Of a DNA stretch of 64,000 bases, positions 1 through 12,510 are shown one piece after another. The stretch comes from Raillietiella orientalis (Eukaryota): positions 2,170,001 through 2,234,000 of the forward strand of contig JAYWIR010000020.1 in NCBI GenBank assembly GCA_036172245.1, given 5' to 3'. Below the pieces are notes generated by a model. It searched no databases. It was given only the letters and a program-made list of their open reading frames with translations, and had not been told where the DNA came from. Both the position numbers and the translations under genes were made by a program. The stretch's first letter is position 1, and the number at the start of each line of letters is the position of its first letter.

Positions 1-3000
1 TCGTGGGATCCGGGAGCGGTAACCAAAGGGATGTCTGCCCATCTCCGATCCGATCCTTCTCCGATGTTGGCCGCTCCCGGTCCGAGTCGACGATCTCACT
101 CCCACTCAGAGAAAGTTCCTCCCCTACCTGCCAACCCACTTGGAGAGGACGGCAAGCTGGACCAGTGGACCTCCCACCAGTGGACTCGCAAAGGAGGGCG
201 CGCTTGTTAGTATCCTGCATAGGATGCAGAGCAGCCCAGTGATCTCTTTCCCTTTGTCCCTCTTCAAACCCAGGTGGTTTCATTCCCCCTGCCCTACTCG
301 TTTTTATCCTTCACCGCGAGGCGAGGGCTCGCTGGTTCAGGTCAACCGGCTTCTGTTCAGCGCTCCCGGAATCCTTCGGACCTGACATAGGGATCGCCTC
401 CCGATCTTGACCTCCCGATTGGGCACTGTTTTTTTCCCTTTCCCTTCCTGGTAGGTCCGTTGTCAAGCGCCGTCGCCAAAGTCTGCCTTGTCAAGGGTCG
501 AGAGAAGCGCTCCCGGTGTGTGACCTTGTGTCGCGGGACCTGCTCTCCTGCCAGGGCGACCTCGTTCTCGCGTTCCCCCTGGGTAGAGTCCCGGATCGTT
601 ACCGATCGTTCGATCCTTCCTCCTCGCGGATCGGAGAACCGGGAGGATGGCCTGCCTCCCCAGGCCGTCCTTCCAGCTCGCCGCAGACCTCTTGGCGGGG
701 GCTCGCTCCTGGTTCACTGCTCCTTCTCGTGGCACGACGATGTCCCGGGGCCGGATGATCTGCTCTCTCTGCGACGCACTTCACGACGAGGAGGGTTCCC
801 TCGCGTCATCGGATGCCCGCAGGAGCCACTTCCCGTGCGAAAGGGAAACCGTCTGGTGTGAAGAGGCGAGGAAGAAAAGCTCCCCTCCCTCTCCACCCTT
901 TCCCGGGACCGATTCGACCCCCTGCTGACAACTCCTAGCTGTATGTCCCGGGAACCTCCCGTTCCCTGAGAGGACGGGGAACAGGATCGTCTGGCGGCGC
1001 TACTCTTCCACGCCTTGTAGTCCCCGCCGCCTCGAAAAGGGCTACCGAGAGGAATCCCGGGAAGGGAGATGTGCCTTACTAGGCTTCCTGGAGGGCTCCT
1101 CCGCGCGCTTCCGTGCGGGGGCAGGGCAGCGTGAGTCCTGGAGGTGAGGAACGGGTTACTGCTATCTCGCCGTCACCTCCGTCGCCCAAGCTAGAGGACT
1201 CGTCCCTTCCCATCGCTAGGCGATGTGGGGACAGCCGGCTGGCAGCCGGGTGCGTTCCCGAGCAGCCGCTTGTTGGCGCTCTGGAGTTACCGCGGCCCCA
1301 GGAAGAAGTGGGAGTGCGCCTGCCCACGGGGGCACGATAGAAGGCGTCCCCCTCCCCTGGTGGGGTGGCCACACCGCCCACGACTGACTCGACTCCACCC
1401 TTCCCCGGCATCAGGTTTATTCGAGCTCTCGGACGAGCGAGCGACAAGGGGGGACGACCAAGAGTAGCAGTTCCGAGCCTTCGGGTCTCCTCGGGGCCTG
1501 GGACCGACGTCCTACCGCGGCTTCCGCTGCTTTAGGTCTTCCGCCCCTTCCGCGGTCTCCTCGTCTTCCAGACTACTCGCCTCCGAGCGAAGGGCCTCCG
1601 CCGCCGTGCGGCGGCTCCCCCCGCGCCACTGAGCGGAGGCTCCTCGAGGGAGCTCCGCCTACCCGCAGGGTGCCTCCGTCCGGCCTCCTTCGTTCCGCAA
1701 GGGCAGTCGTCCCTCTCCTGCGGAGCGCGCGCAGGGACGCAGGAGCCGGCTGCCCCCAGGGGCGAGGGAGCTGCCCCGCTTTGCGGTCCTCTCGTGGCCC
1801 CCGTGAGGGGGGGGGACCGAGAATTTATCGCCTCCCGTGGTTCCGTTATTTCCGAGACCGTGAATGCGCCGGAGGAGAGGAGCGGACCGCCCCTCTCGCT
1901 TAGGGAGCGCTCAGGGGGTGTGACGCATTCGGGGCGAAGGGGCGCTCGGGAGGTTTCGGGGGGAGAGGGAGGGAGGGAACGAGGGCGAGGCGTCGCCGAT
2001 GGCAACCCTTGAAGGAGCGCCGCGTTTTCTCCCGGTCTGCTTTGTTCCCTACGCGGGTCGCGTGCGGGTCACATGGGGTCGGGAGCTTCCTTCCGCCTTC
2101 GCGCTCTTCGTGGTCGTTCCTCCTCCCCCTTTTCCCCTTTCCTGTTACTGCACCCGAGGGGTCACGGGCCATTAGGTGGTGGTCGCAGGGGCGAGAGGAC
2201 GTCATCTGACGGTTGGGGATAGGAGAGAAGTCCTGGAGATGCAAAACGGCGCCTACGGGGCGAAGGAGGCTGGGGCGGTGCAGCCGCCTACGAAAACTCG
2301 TGTGAGGGGAACGGTGGTGGCGCCCTCCGTCTCATTTCCGTTCTATCCTTCCTGAAAAGAGGAGGTGGCGGAGATGAGAGCGCCCGATTTTTCGCCGGCA
2401 CGCGGGTGGTCAAGTCGCCCCGGGAGGTTGGCACGTCTCGAGGACCGAACCGGGCAGGATCCAAGGAGGGGAAAAGGGAGGAAGAGTTGCCTCAGCCCCC
2501 CGGAACGGGAAGAATAGGGAGCGGCAGCTCGGATTTTCCTCCTTTCGCGGAACCGAAGACGAAAAGGGGACCTCAGAGTTGGCCGGAGGGAAGGAACCTG
2601 GAGGGATTCTGGGACTCGCCAAGGGAGGCGCTGACCTCCTTTCCGCTTCCGGGCTCGCCTCTGAGTCTTGCCCCCGTCGGGAGTATCCAGCGAGTATCTC
2701 TTGGGAACGCGGAAAAGGAAGGGAGGGGAGCTAGAAGATGGGGCGTTTCCGGAGGTACTTGAAGCCTCCCTCGTCTGGTCGGATCACCCCCCTCCAAGCA
2801 CCTGGAGTGCTCCTGCCACGGAAGATTCCCCGAACCCATCCCGCTGCGACACCGAGTCGGAAGGGGTCCCCGAAAGAGCTAACCGACCTACCTCTCCACC
2901 TCCTCTCGGTGGCCGAGAACTGCGCGAGGCGGACCCGCTCCGGGAAGGGACTTTGGCTTCCGACGAGCGTGCGCACGGGAGGGAGACACCGAGAGGCGGA

Positions 3001-3269
3001 GCCTCATCGATCGCGGTCCTTGGGAGAGCTGCTCCAGCGAAACAGGGCGGTCGGCCGCCTCCTCCCGGGAACGCGGGGATAGGAGGACCCGGGCGAGCTG
3101 CCCGCCGGGGACGTGGGACGACCCCGGCGAGCTGCTCGCGGAGGTTCGCGGCCTCCGAGTAAAGGGGGGGAGAGGAAGTAGTGGAGGATATATGAGTGGG
3201 GATGGGAGGAGAGAAAGGGGAAGGAGGAAGACGTAGGCGGTCCGTTCTTGCCCCTCCCCTCTCGAGCGT

Positions 3270-4760
3270 GACCTTGTGAAAGCTTTCGCCGAGGTGCAGG
3301 ACTTTCCCGCTCACGTCCCTGGCAAGGGTCGATCGAGGGTGATGAGGGCCTCGCGCTTGGGGGATGGGGGAGATGGGCTCTCTGGTAGAGAAAACCTGCC
3401 CCCTCCTCCTCCATGACACGCGCGGGGATGGCGGGACCGGACATGTACCCATGCAGACTGGGAAGGAGGAGCACCGAAAGTTGAACTCCCTCCTTCCAGG
3501 AACGAAGAAGAAACCGAGCTGTTCCAGAATCTTCGACGGGCCCGCTCGACCTCGGACCGCTAACTTTCGGACAAGTTCGGAGCTCCTTGCTGTCGTGGCC
3601 CCGCAGGCCATCTACCCTCTACGCCGACTGACCATAGCGAGCCGACAGCATGGTGGGGACGCCGGGGTGAGGGACCAGAAGATGAAAAGCGGGAGGGGAG
3701 GGGGCCAAGCAGGGATTCCAAGTTCCTTCTCTCTCCCGTATCCCTCTTCAGCAACCGCCTCTTTGGTTTTTGGGACCCCCTGTGGGGTCCCAAGATCGTT
3801 TCTCCACCTTTGCTGGAGGAACGATCCTTCCTCCAGCGGAGTTTCCCTCCTCCCCCTTCTCGTCTCAAAGGGACGGCATTGCCAGTACTAACGCGGCAAA
3901 GTAGTGGCCAGATGCAGCAGCTTCTAGGAGTCCCTGAACATCTAGGGTGCTTTCCCCTGCTAGCTCTTTTTTCTAAAGTCAAAGCTTCCCACCCACCCGC
4001 TGCCCCTTGAATAGAGGGAGTCGCCTCTTGCGGGCGGACTCTGGTTCGGGTCTACAATTGGGAAGGCAGGGCAGGGTCGGCTTCCTGCACCCCCAGCCAG
4101 GCAGGTGGGTGCCCAGCTAGGAGGAGCGAAGCTGCCAAGGAAGATGCCTTTGCTGAACCTGGAGAGAACTGGTCACCAACATAGGCAGCTCGTCTACCGG
4201 GGAAGAGAACGGGCTCTTTTCGTTCTTCAGTAGGCTTCCAGTCAAGTAGGCTTCCGGTAGCTTGAGACCATGTGAACGGTGGCGTGTGGCGTGGACAAGC
4301 CCACGACCCTAAAAGTAACTCACCAAGACAAAAGAAGAAGCCCAGAGAAACGCTGGCACCGAGGTATAGAAGAACGGCCTCAGCCATCGGTTGGGAAGAA
4401 ATGTACCGTAGTGGATCGGCAATCCTTCTCTTCCTTCCTTCCAGAGCCCTGGTGTTCCGGTAAAGAGGTGACGTTTGAGTGGTTCATAGGTCGAGCTGCT
4501 TCTCTGCGCTCATTTCGGGTTCCTAGGGCAGCATCCAGTAGCTTCTTCTGGAGCTGCAAAAACCTTCGCCTTCGCCAGATGGTGCCACATTTTTCCCGGC
4601 TGTGCTCCATTAGCAGCGCTCGTGTAATGAACACCGAAGTGATTGGTCTTTCCATTTCATGGTCGAAAGGAAACGCCACTTGCACCTCGGGAGGAATCAG
4701 CTTTCGAACCTCAGGAACCTTGGAATCTCGTGGAGTGCATTCCAACAACCGGGAGCCATC
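3270..4760 (-). mobile_element. Decayed Ty3/gypsy pol remnant (RNaseH to integrase core)
   Basis: Motifs in order across frameshifts: ERPITSVFITRAL (~4650-4612, cf. ERPIAFASRAL); PRCQRFSGLLLLS (cf. RLQRWALLLS); cacgccaccgttcacatggtctcaagctaccg at 4286-4255 (cf. HANADGLSRLP); SKILEQLGFFF; SGPAIPARVMEE (cf. DNGPQFTSEE); GPHHPRS at ~3340 (cf. PYHPQS). Manual motif reading only. Confidence 0.55.
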
Positions 4761-7175
4761 ATAACTTCTCCTACGGCTCCAGAAAAACTGGCGTCAAAGC
4801 GTCCGAAAGGCCCAAGAATTTCCGAACGGCAGTTGAAAAACAAAATGCCTGCAGAGACGGGGCGAGGTCACGCATGCGCGCGGATCTCTTAAATGTCTTC
4901 GTGGATGCTCCCCATCAGCTGATTTATACGGCCAGAACGCAAGCATTCGCGCGCGTGGTCATTCGTATCCCCCGATCAACGAGTCCCACGGACAGTTGAG
5001 AGCGCGAATTGTGCTCCTCGAAAAACCACTCATGCGCTCAAACGCAACGCTGCAAGACATCCATCTTTGCATTGGCTTGCCTGCAACAGGGGTGTGACAA
5101 GGGTTTCCTCTTCTTCTCTCTCTCCCTTTTCAAGGAAGGAAAACGGAAGCTCCAGAATTTGATGCTGTGTAATAACGTGCTGGTGCATCTCGGTTCCTTA
5201 AAAAAAAAAAAAAAACACTGCTGCACACGTGAGATGTTTGACCAACCAGCAGATGTTGGGAATCTGGAATCCGGCTACCTTGATGGGAACCTCGTAAACA
5301 GCGAGGCCGCTCTCGATGCAGCACGCAGCACAAGCTGTTTCAGGATCGGAGGCGGAGCTTGTGAAATGGCTGTAGCGTTACGTCATCACCCTTAGTGACG
5401 AGCACCTTTTCGAAAGAGGGGGGGAAGCTGCTCTTGCCTGTCGTGAAGTACGAGCAGCTTCCAGAAGCAGAGCTGAGCAGGATCTTCGTCAGATCTCTCC
5501 TTGACTTGAGGAAGAAGCGGAGTTTCCGCAGTAGAAGTGTACGTCGCCTGAGGGGAGCGGTCTGCCGGTGCAACTGCCCGGGAAAGAACTGGAAAAATAA
5601 GGCGGAATCATCCGAAAAAAAGATTTCGATGCTGGTGCCGGGAACTGCTCCAGTCTTTGCTGAGGGCAAGGGATGGCAGAAATACTTTCAAAGGGGCGGA
5701 GAAAAGAGAATCGTAGGTCGCGAGGAGGATGCGATTGGTTTCTCGGAGTTCACTTTGCTTCCCGCAGGTGCCGGAAACGGAGAAACATCGTTCGGCGTGC
5801 CCCGCCGCTAGTGGGATGAGGAGCGCCTTCCCTCCCCCCTCCACTTCCGGTCTGTTGACATCAGTCCTGAGAATTCACAGCTAATTGTGGATCCTCTCGG
5901 TTTTCGTCTATGTTTCCAGAAACCTTGAAGACGCGGTCCAGGAACTTTAGCTCTGCTCCTAAGTCTTCCGGGTTCCTGTGCTGCCGGCTAGGAAGAGAAA
6001 AAAAAAAAGTGCAAAGACGAAACCATGAGGAACCAACGTATGCATTTACGGAGAGGATCAAGTGCAACGTGTACACGTATCAGATCCAATTGTGGTTACA
6101 CGTACTGCATGACTCGGTATCGTGTGTTCGTGCACCCTTCAATCCGCTGCATGATGTAGACACCGAGCATATCGATGAACCCCAAAAGATGATTATCACC
6201 CGGTTATGCCGAGGCACTCATTACATAAGATAATGAAAATACATCGGTGTGGCGGAACTGTTGGTTCTAACACGCGCAATGAAACTGCCGAAGAGCGCAC
6301 GCAGACCGGAGAGGTCCGCTTCGGCAGCGTGGGTAGAGGAAAACAAAACAAAACAAACAAACAAAACAGGGAAGGGTAAATTATACACGGGGGGGGAGGA
6401 GGATAGAAAGGGATCACAGTACGCTGTCTGGCGCCCTCTGTATCCTGTTCAAGATGCCGGCAAGTTCCGTCCGTGTCTCGCCCAGGTGGGGCCATTTCGG
6501 GAGGTCTTCAGGAAGATCTGTGCCCATTGGATGGCGTCCCTGCCGCTTTGATCTCCTCCTCCGACCTTCCAGACCGCCGCTATCCCGCGGAGACGGCACG
6601 GAACCGCGAGGGGCGCGGCTGGAGGCAGTGCGGCACCACGAACAAAGAGGCATCTGAAAATGTCCCTGGGGCTGCGCACCGGGATACCTAGGGTCGCCAC
6701 GAGGCAATCCTTAAAGGGTCGGAAGGCAGCACAGTCTAACCAGCAGGTGCAGGAGGGTCTCTTTCTCCCCACACCTGCCCTACTCTGAGCGTCCACGCTT
6801 CCCCTCGTGTCCACTGGTGAAAAAGCGCTTTGCACAGAAGGATTCCTCCATGCAAGACCAGCGGCTCCAACTCCTGCCACTTCCAGCACACTGGAGGCCG
6901 CTTCACCTCCTCCGGAGGGATGTCAGGCAGATGGCACCCAGCGAACAGGTCCTCCTTGGACTGGGATACTCGAAGTCGCAGCTGTTCGTCACTTCCAGAG
7001 TTGTCCGAACTCTGGTGGCGCCCCAAAAGTTTCGTCTTTGCCCTTATGTAGAACGTCACTGGGGCAACGCTGTTCCTTGGGTCCCTTAGGGGGGGAACAC
7101 TGGGGCAAAGGGGTCATTGGCCTAGGATGATGGAAGTCTTCTCGGTCTCTTTTGTTGTCGCTAGTTTCCTTCCAG

Positions 7176-7860
7176 CTTTTTTTCTTTTTTCTGGTTCACC
7201 AAGTGCTGAAGAACCGTTCGCCTGCCTAAGGGGGAGGTCACGACGCTCTTTAACACTGTCCACACCATAAGGGGGGAGCGAAATCTTCAAGTTATAGGGG
7301 GGTAACCCTATGAATCCAGGAAGGCTCCGAAAGAAGGAGCCCGTTCCTCTTGCAGTTTCTAGGAAACCCCGAAGGGAACTCGCCCTGATTGTTTCCAAAC
7401 GGAGCCCCGAGGGAAACCTATTATTCTTCATTCTCTCTGAAGAAACCCCCGGAGGGGATGCCACTTCTCGTTTCTTCTCCGCATGGAACCCCGAAGGGAC
7501 GCTTTCAGATTTTCTCCCGAAAGGAGCAGCGCACTTCTTGACACTCTGGAGGGAACGCCACCAGCCCCATAATACGAGACGGGCCCCACTTGCACAACCG
7601 GAGAGGAAACTCCGAAGGGCTCCTCGATTCCTGGAATGACCTCGGAGAGTCAGCTTCCAATCCCGGCCCCAGTCAACGGGCCAGACATCCGGTTTGCGGT
7701 TTCCGCCAGCGCCATCCTGCGGGGGGGCGGGGGAGATCCGAAACCCATGACGCGCCCCCATTTCTCGGCGTCTCGATCCTTCCCAAGGTGGGATTTGAAC
7801 GCGCCAGGCCTGGCGCCACCGCCACGGTGCTCGCAGCCACACCGCAGCCAGCGCGGGCGC
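7176..7860 (-). mobile_element. tRNA-headed SINE-like repeat, copy A (near full length)
   Basis: Minus-strand B-box-like GTTCAAATCCC at ~7800-7790. The body is shared with other copies (ccctatgaatccaggaaggctcc; ccccgaagggacgctt; gacactctgga). A-rich 3' tail appears as a T run at 7176-7190. Confidence 0.75.
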
Positions 7861-10043
7861 GTGTGGTCGGTGTGCAGGAAAATCTTCTCAGGGAGCATAC
7901 CGGAATCCACGAGCCAACCGGAATTGGCATCCAGAGTGGGTAGACCGGGATCCCGTCGGGTCGACGTACGAATTTCGCGTAAAAGGAAAACGAACAGATG
8001 AAGACGTCTAAGAAAGAAGCAAACAGTTCGCTCTCAACGGATACAGATAAAGATGGGCGCGGAGTTCCAATTAATTCTCCAGCTACAGCTTTCGTTCTAA
8101 TTTGTAAAAGCATCGATCCTACTCTCTGTTGTGTCAACAAATCCGAAAGTATTTTCTCTTCTCGTTCCGATAATCTTCTTTTTTTTTTTTTTTTTTCATC
8201 CCTCCCCCCACTCCCCCTTCCCTCCTTTCTTTCTTTCCAGACGCGAGATTTATCGATTTATCATGTGCTTTTTTTTTTTTTTTCCTCGTCAATGATGCCT
8301 ATCCCAGCCACTTGATGACTTTCTCGGAAGCTTCGAAAACTTTATGATCTGTTCTGTGGGACGGTTATAAGGATAAATATTCTTTTGCAGCCGGAATATT
8401 CGGCAGCAACCAGCTTGCACCATCATCCACAACAGCAGCAGCAGCAACAACAACAAGAGAAAGACAGAATCCGTATCACGTCCGCTGGGGGCATCCAGAA
8501 GACGGGAAGGAGGGTGGCGTTTCCAGGCACCAGCGGATTTTTCCACACGTCAGCGTCACCCTATCCGCCAGCCCGACCTCCGTTTAGCCAATTTCCTCTT
8601 GTTGTGTCTTCACGCTCCCTTACTAATTGCCAGGCGTCTCGAAGCGCTTCAATTACGAACCTGGCACGAATAACCATCACCTTCGAGGGACGCCAAATCC
8701 TGCATCAGAGTCTTCGTTTCATTTTTAGCTGTCGGAAGAAATTCAGCGACGTTTTCCCGATCATCAATTTCTGCTCCCATTAATTGTTTTTTTTTTTTTT
8801 TTACCTGCTGAAACGCCCGCCATTTGTATTCTTCCCGTTCGCCACGGACGGTTCCAATCTCGCTGTGCTCGAGGAGCGGTTTCGCGAGGAACTTTCAGCC
8901 AGGACCGGAGGGAACGAGGGAAGACCTGCTGCTTCTCCGCACTGCGACCTGGGCTTCGATTCCTTCTGCTGCTGCTCATCCCTTTCCGAAGATGCGCTCC
9001 TCGCACGGGTTGCCCGCACGCTGGCTGAGAGCAGCAGCATCCTCGTTCCTCTGCTGCTGCTTCTGAACCGTGCGATCTCGGGAAGAGTTCCCTGGGAGAT
9101 TCATCCTCCGGGAAACGCGGTTTCCCTCTTTCATCCCGCCTGTAGGGCGCGGTTTCCCCACTCCAGGAAACTCATTCGCTTTAGCGGTCGCACCCTCGTC
9201 TGAAGATCAGCTGCGGGCTGCTCATCTGCGAATCTCTGGTGTCTCGTTACTCTTCCGGATGGTGTTAAGGAGCAGGCGTTCGGATTGCTGCTGGCGCCGT
9301 CGCTCCAGGGTGGGTCGAAGAGACAAGAAAAGATACTCCCTCTCCCCCTCCCTGTGTGTGTGTGTGTGTTTTTTTTCTCCTTGATATTTGTCTTAACGAT
9401 GAGGCACTGCAAATACTCCTGGACCCAATCTTCGTCTTCTCTGCGAATCTTCAGCTGGGTGTCCGTTCGATAACACTCCAACTCTTTTTTTGATGTTCCC
9501 TTTTTATTTACAACCACAATAAAGTCATTTGGTAGGAGAACATGGACTCCTGGTGCTGGATCAGAGACACATAACACTTTCTCACATTCCTTCCATGTGT
9601 GTATGCATAGCGGCTATTCACAAACACATGTAGTATTATGTACGTGCATGCGTTTACACACATATACCCACAAATTCCACACAAGCCACGCTTGAATTTT
9701 CAGAAGTACAGCAGACGCGCAGCATCCGCGTAAAATTGGAAAGAAGATGAAGAAAAAAAAATAAAAGTTCCCGAAACATCCTGAATGTGTGACTCGGACG
9801 TTCCCACTCCCTGCTCCCACGACTCTGACTACGACTCCTCTTTGCCGCGTGGCAATATGGCCAACGGTCGGGTCATTTGAGAACGACGGTTGGCGGGATA
9901 GAAACGTGCAAAGAAAAGGGCGATCGCTAATGAGGCCCCATACTTCATCAGGATCTCTGATATAGCATGATTACCACGGAACTGCCCCCATAACGGACGC
10001 CTCACTGCGACAGCAAACTGACCTCCCCAACGCAAATCAAAGA

Positions 10044-10099
10044 TGCATGTATATGTATGTATGTATGTAAGTATAGGTATAAAGATGTGTACATATAGA

Positions 10100-10154
<55 letters not shown>

Positions 10155-10250
10155 CAGGGAGAGATAGGTATGTATGTATAGAGATAGATATAGATAGATA
10201 TGTATAGGTACGGATGGGCATACAGAGACAGGGGTGTAGATAGATACAGA
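10044..10250. repeat. Compound microsatellite (TATG)n, (CT)n, (AT)n, (AGAT)n
   Basis: Directly visible. Confidence 0.95.
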
Positions 10251-11809
10251 CATGTGGCTTCAATCCCTATCTCTGCCCATGCAGGCGCGCGTCCGTGTTT
10301 CCTGCGCCACGAGACCGGCTGCGTGACCTTGGCGGAGCCGAGTACTTGCGCGAGTCGCTCAGGGGCAGCGACGTGGCCCCTGCGGCGGAGCGTCTGAATT
10401 TGCCGCCAGTTTCCTCGTAAAACCTCCCCGACTTCAGCACGAGCATAAATTACCAGTCCTCTCCAATTAAACAAATTAGGCGCTGACTAAAACAGAGCGT
10501 CCGTCGGCGGCGGCGAGGAACGTCCGTCCAGAGCGATGGCCAGGCGTTCCGCCGCGGCTTTCGCGAGTCTTTCAGGAGCGACAGCGGAGCGCGGCGGCGA
10601 AGAGATCGCGGTTTCGAAGGAAGGGGAGGGGGGGCATTTTTGGAGCATCACTCCCCGCGGCGCGTCCTGCTCCTGGGGCCGGGGGCTCATTCTGCCGATC
10701 CCCTTGCCGTGAAAAGAGTGAAAAGGGAGCACCGGGAGTCGAAGGGTCGAGGTTGGGATGGGTGAGCGCGGTCATCGGTGCCAGTGGAGACTGGCGCTCC
10801 CACATGGCTCGAAACGGAGCCGCTGCGCTCTTAGGAGACGTGGGGCGATCGAAGCAGGGGGGGTCGAGCCAGAATGGTTCCCTTTTTCCTTCGTCCGTCG
10901 TGGACTCCCCCACGAACGGGGGTGGTGGCACGAGAGGCGGCGCCCTGCGACACGCTCAACCTCTCGAACCGGCGGCGACCTCGGGTCAGCTGGCGGTCCT
11001 TGAGGGCTTTCTTTTCTCCTCTGCCAGCCGCGCGGCCTCCTCCCGCTTTTTCCTTCCTCTCTTTATCCTCCGGGCTCACGTGGGTCTCCCCGTCTACCTC
11101 TCTGAACGGCTGGATGCGGGATCGCGGGTCCGCCTCCCGGGCGCCGGGCAACCACCCGGACGTTCCCACGGGAAGCTGTGGGATTTCCTCCAGGCCCACG
11201 ACTGTCTGGGCAACCTGGAGGAAGGCGGCGCCCCGCAGCCCTCGACCCACAGAAGATGGAAGCGGACCGAAACCAGGTTTGGGGATCGCTGTCACCAGAT
11301 GAGGGACTTGAGCTGCCGTGATACCCCCGCCCCTGAGAGAGCTCGCGTAAAATACCGCGCCGGGCGCCTGGGGCGACCGACCGAGGGGACCGCACGCGCG
11401 AACGCGGTCATTGGCGTGCTCGTCTGTTGCGGTTGCTACAGGAGACTCCGGCCTCCCCGCGTCTGCCGCTCGGGCATAATCTGCTCGGGTTCCCAGTTTG
11501 GGGCGTACGTGGGACTCATACCGTTGGGAGGATCATGGGAAGAGGGGGGGGAGGGGGATCCTTTCCACGTGGGCAGGGGATTCGGAGCACCCGTCCGGAT
11601 CGGCGACCCACCGTGGAGCAGCCCCTACGCCCCCATGCTGCACCACCTGATGCCTCCGAGGAACCAGCTGCTCCCTTCTGGCGGCCGGCAGTTGCTTGTG
11701 CACATCCACTGCCCTCTGTCCCCACCAAACACTCAGGAGCCCCTGGCAGAGCTCCTTCAAAGACTGCCGACACCACCCGAGGGTGAGTGTGGTTCCTCAA
11801 GCTAGGAAG

Positions 11810-12510
11810 GGAAGCCGGAGGGACCACTCTGTGAATCCAGGAAGACTCCGTGGGAACCAGCCTGTTCCTCTTGCGCTTGGCAGGAAAGCATTCCAAAGGG
11901 AGCCACCGTCCTGGCTGTCCCGAAAGGGAACTTATTCCTCGTTCTCTCCGGAGGGACCACTCTGTGAACCCGGGAAGGTTCCGGGGGAAGCAGTCCGTTC
12001 CTCCTGCGCCTGGAAGAGAGCCCTGGAGGGAACCGTCCATCCTGCTCGTCTCCGGAGGGACTCCCCGGAAGGGAACCGCCCCTTCCTTCCTCCTCCTCTG
12101 AAGAGAACCCCGAAGGGACGCTTCCCATTTTCTCGGTGGGGCGCTCCCTGAGGGGGACAGAGCGCTTCTGACACTCTGGAGAGGCAGGCAGCCCCCCGAG
12201 GGGAGTATCAACCAGCTCCGTGGTACGTGATGAAGGGTCACCCCTCCGAGGAGGGCGGGTCGGAGGCTCCTTGATTCGGCAGAGGGACCCCAGAGGGTCG
12301 ACTTCAGCCCACGGGGGCATCCGGCGTTCACCGGCTCTGCATCCGAACCCGTGGGGCTACCGAGCGTCATCCTGCGGGGAGGGAAAGGGCCGAAAGTCCA
12401 CGACGCTTCCTCCCCGTTCCCGGCGTCTCGGTCCTTCCCCTGGCGGGATTCGAACCCCCGTGACTCCCAGTGCCATCGTGTGCGGGGAGGCCGCCGCCAC
12501 CGCCGCACGG
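11810..12510 (-). mobile_element. SINE-like repeat, copy B, with internal ~131-bp duplication
   Basis: Perfect B box GGTTCGAATCCC at 12456-12445 and the shared body. The unit cggagggaccactctgtgaa.. occurs at 11817 and again at 11948. Confidence 0.75.

Noticed and set aside
3769..3793. Short hairpins (ttgggacccc..ggggtcccaa here; ctaggaac..gttcctag at 25343-25362) as terminators
   Set aside because: Stems of 8-10 bp are not unexpected in 64 kb of GC-rich DNA, and intrinsic terminators do not apply to this eukaryotic context.
6450..7060. Minus-strand LVLHGGILLCK and HLGETRT, resembling the gypsy integrase N-terminal region
   Set aside because: The spacing between motifs is about three times too long and there are too few motifs to call.
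8385..8783. ORF with HHHPQQQQQQQQQ after an acceptor-like ttcttttgcag
   Set aside because: Explained by a short CAG/CAA microsatellite. No convincing donor, partner exon or domain.
11400..11800. Minus-strand GAPECLVGTEG and RTPQTGNP, integrase-like
   Set aside because: Only two weak motifs. Possible, but not supportable without a search.
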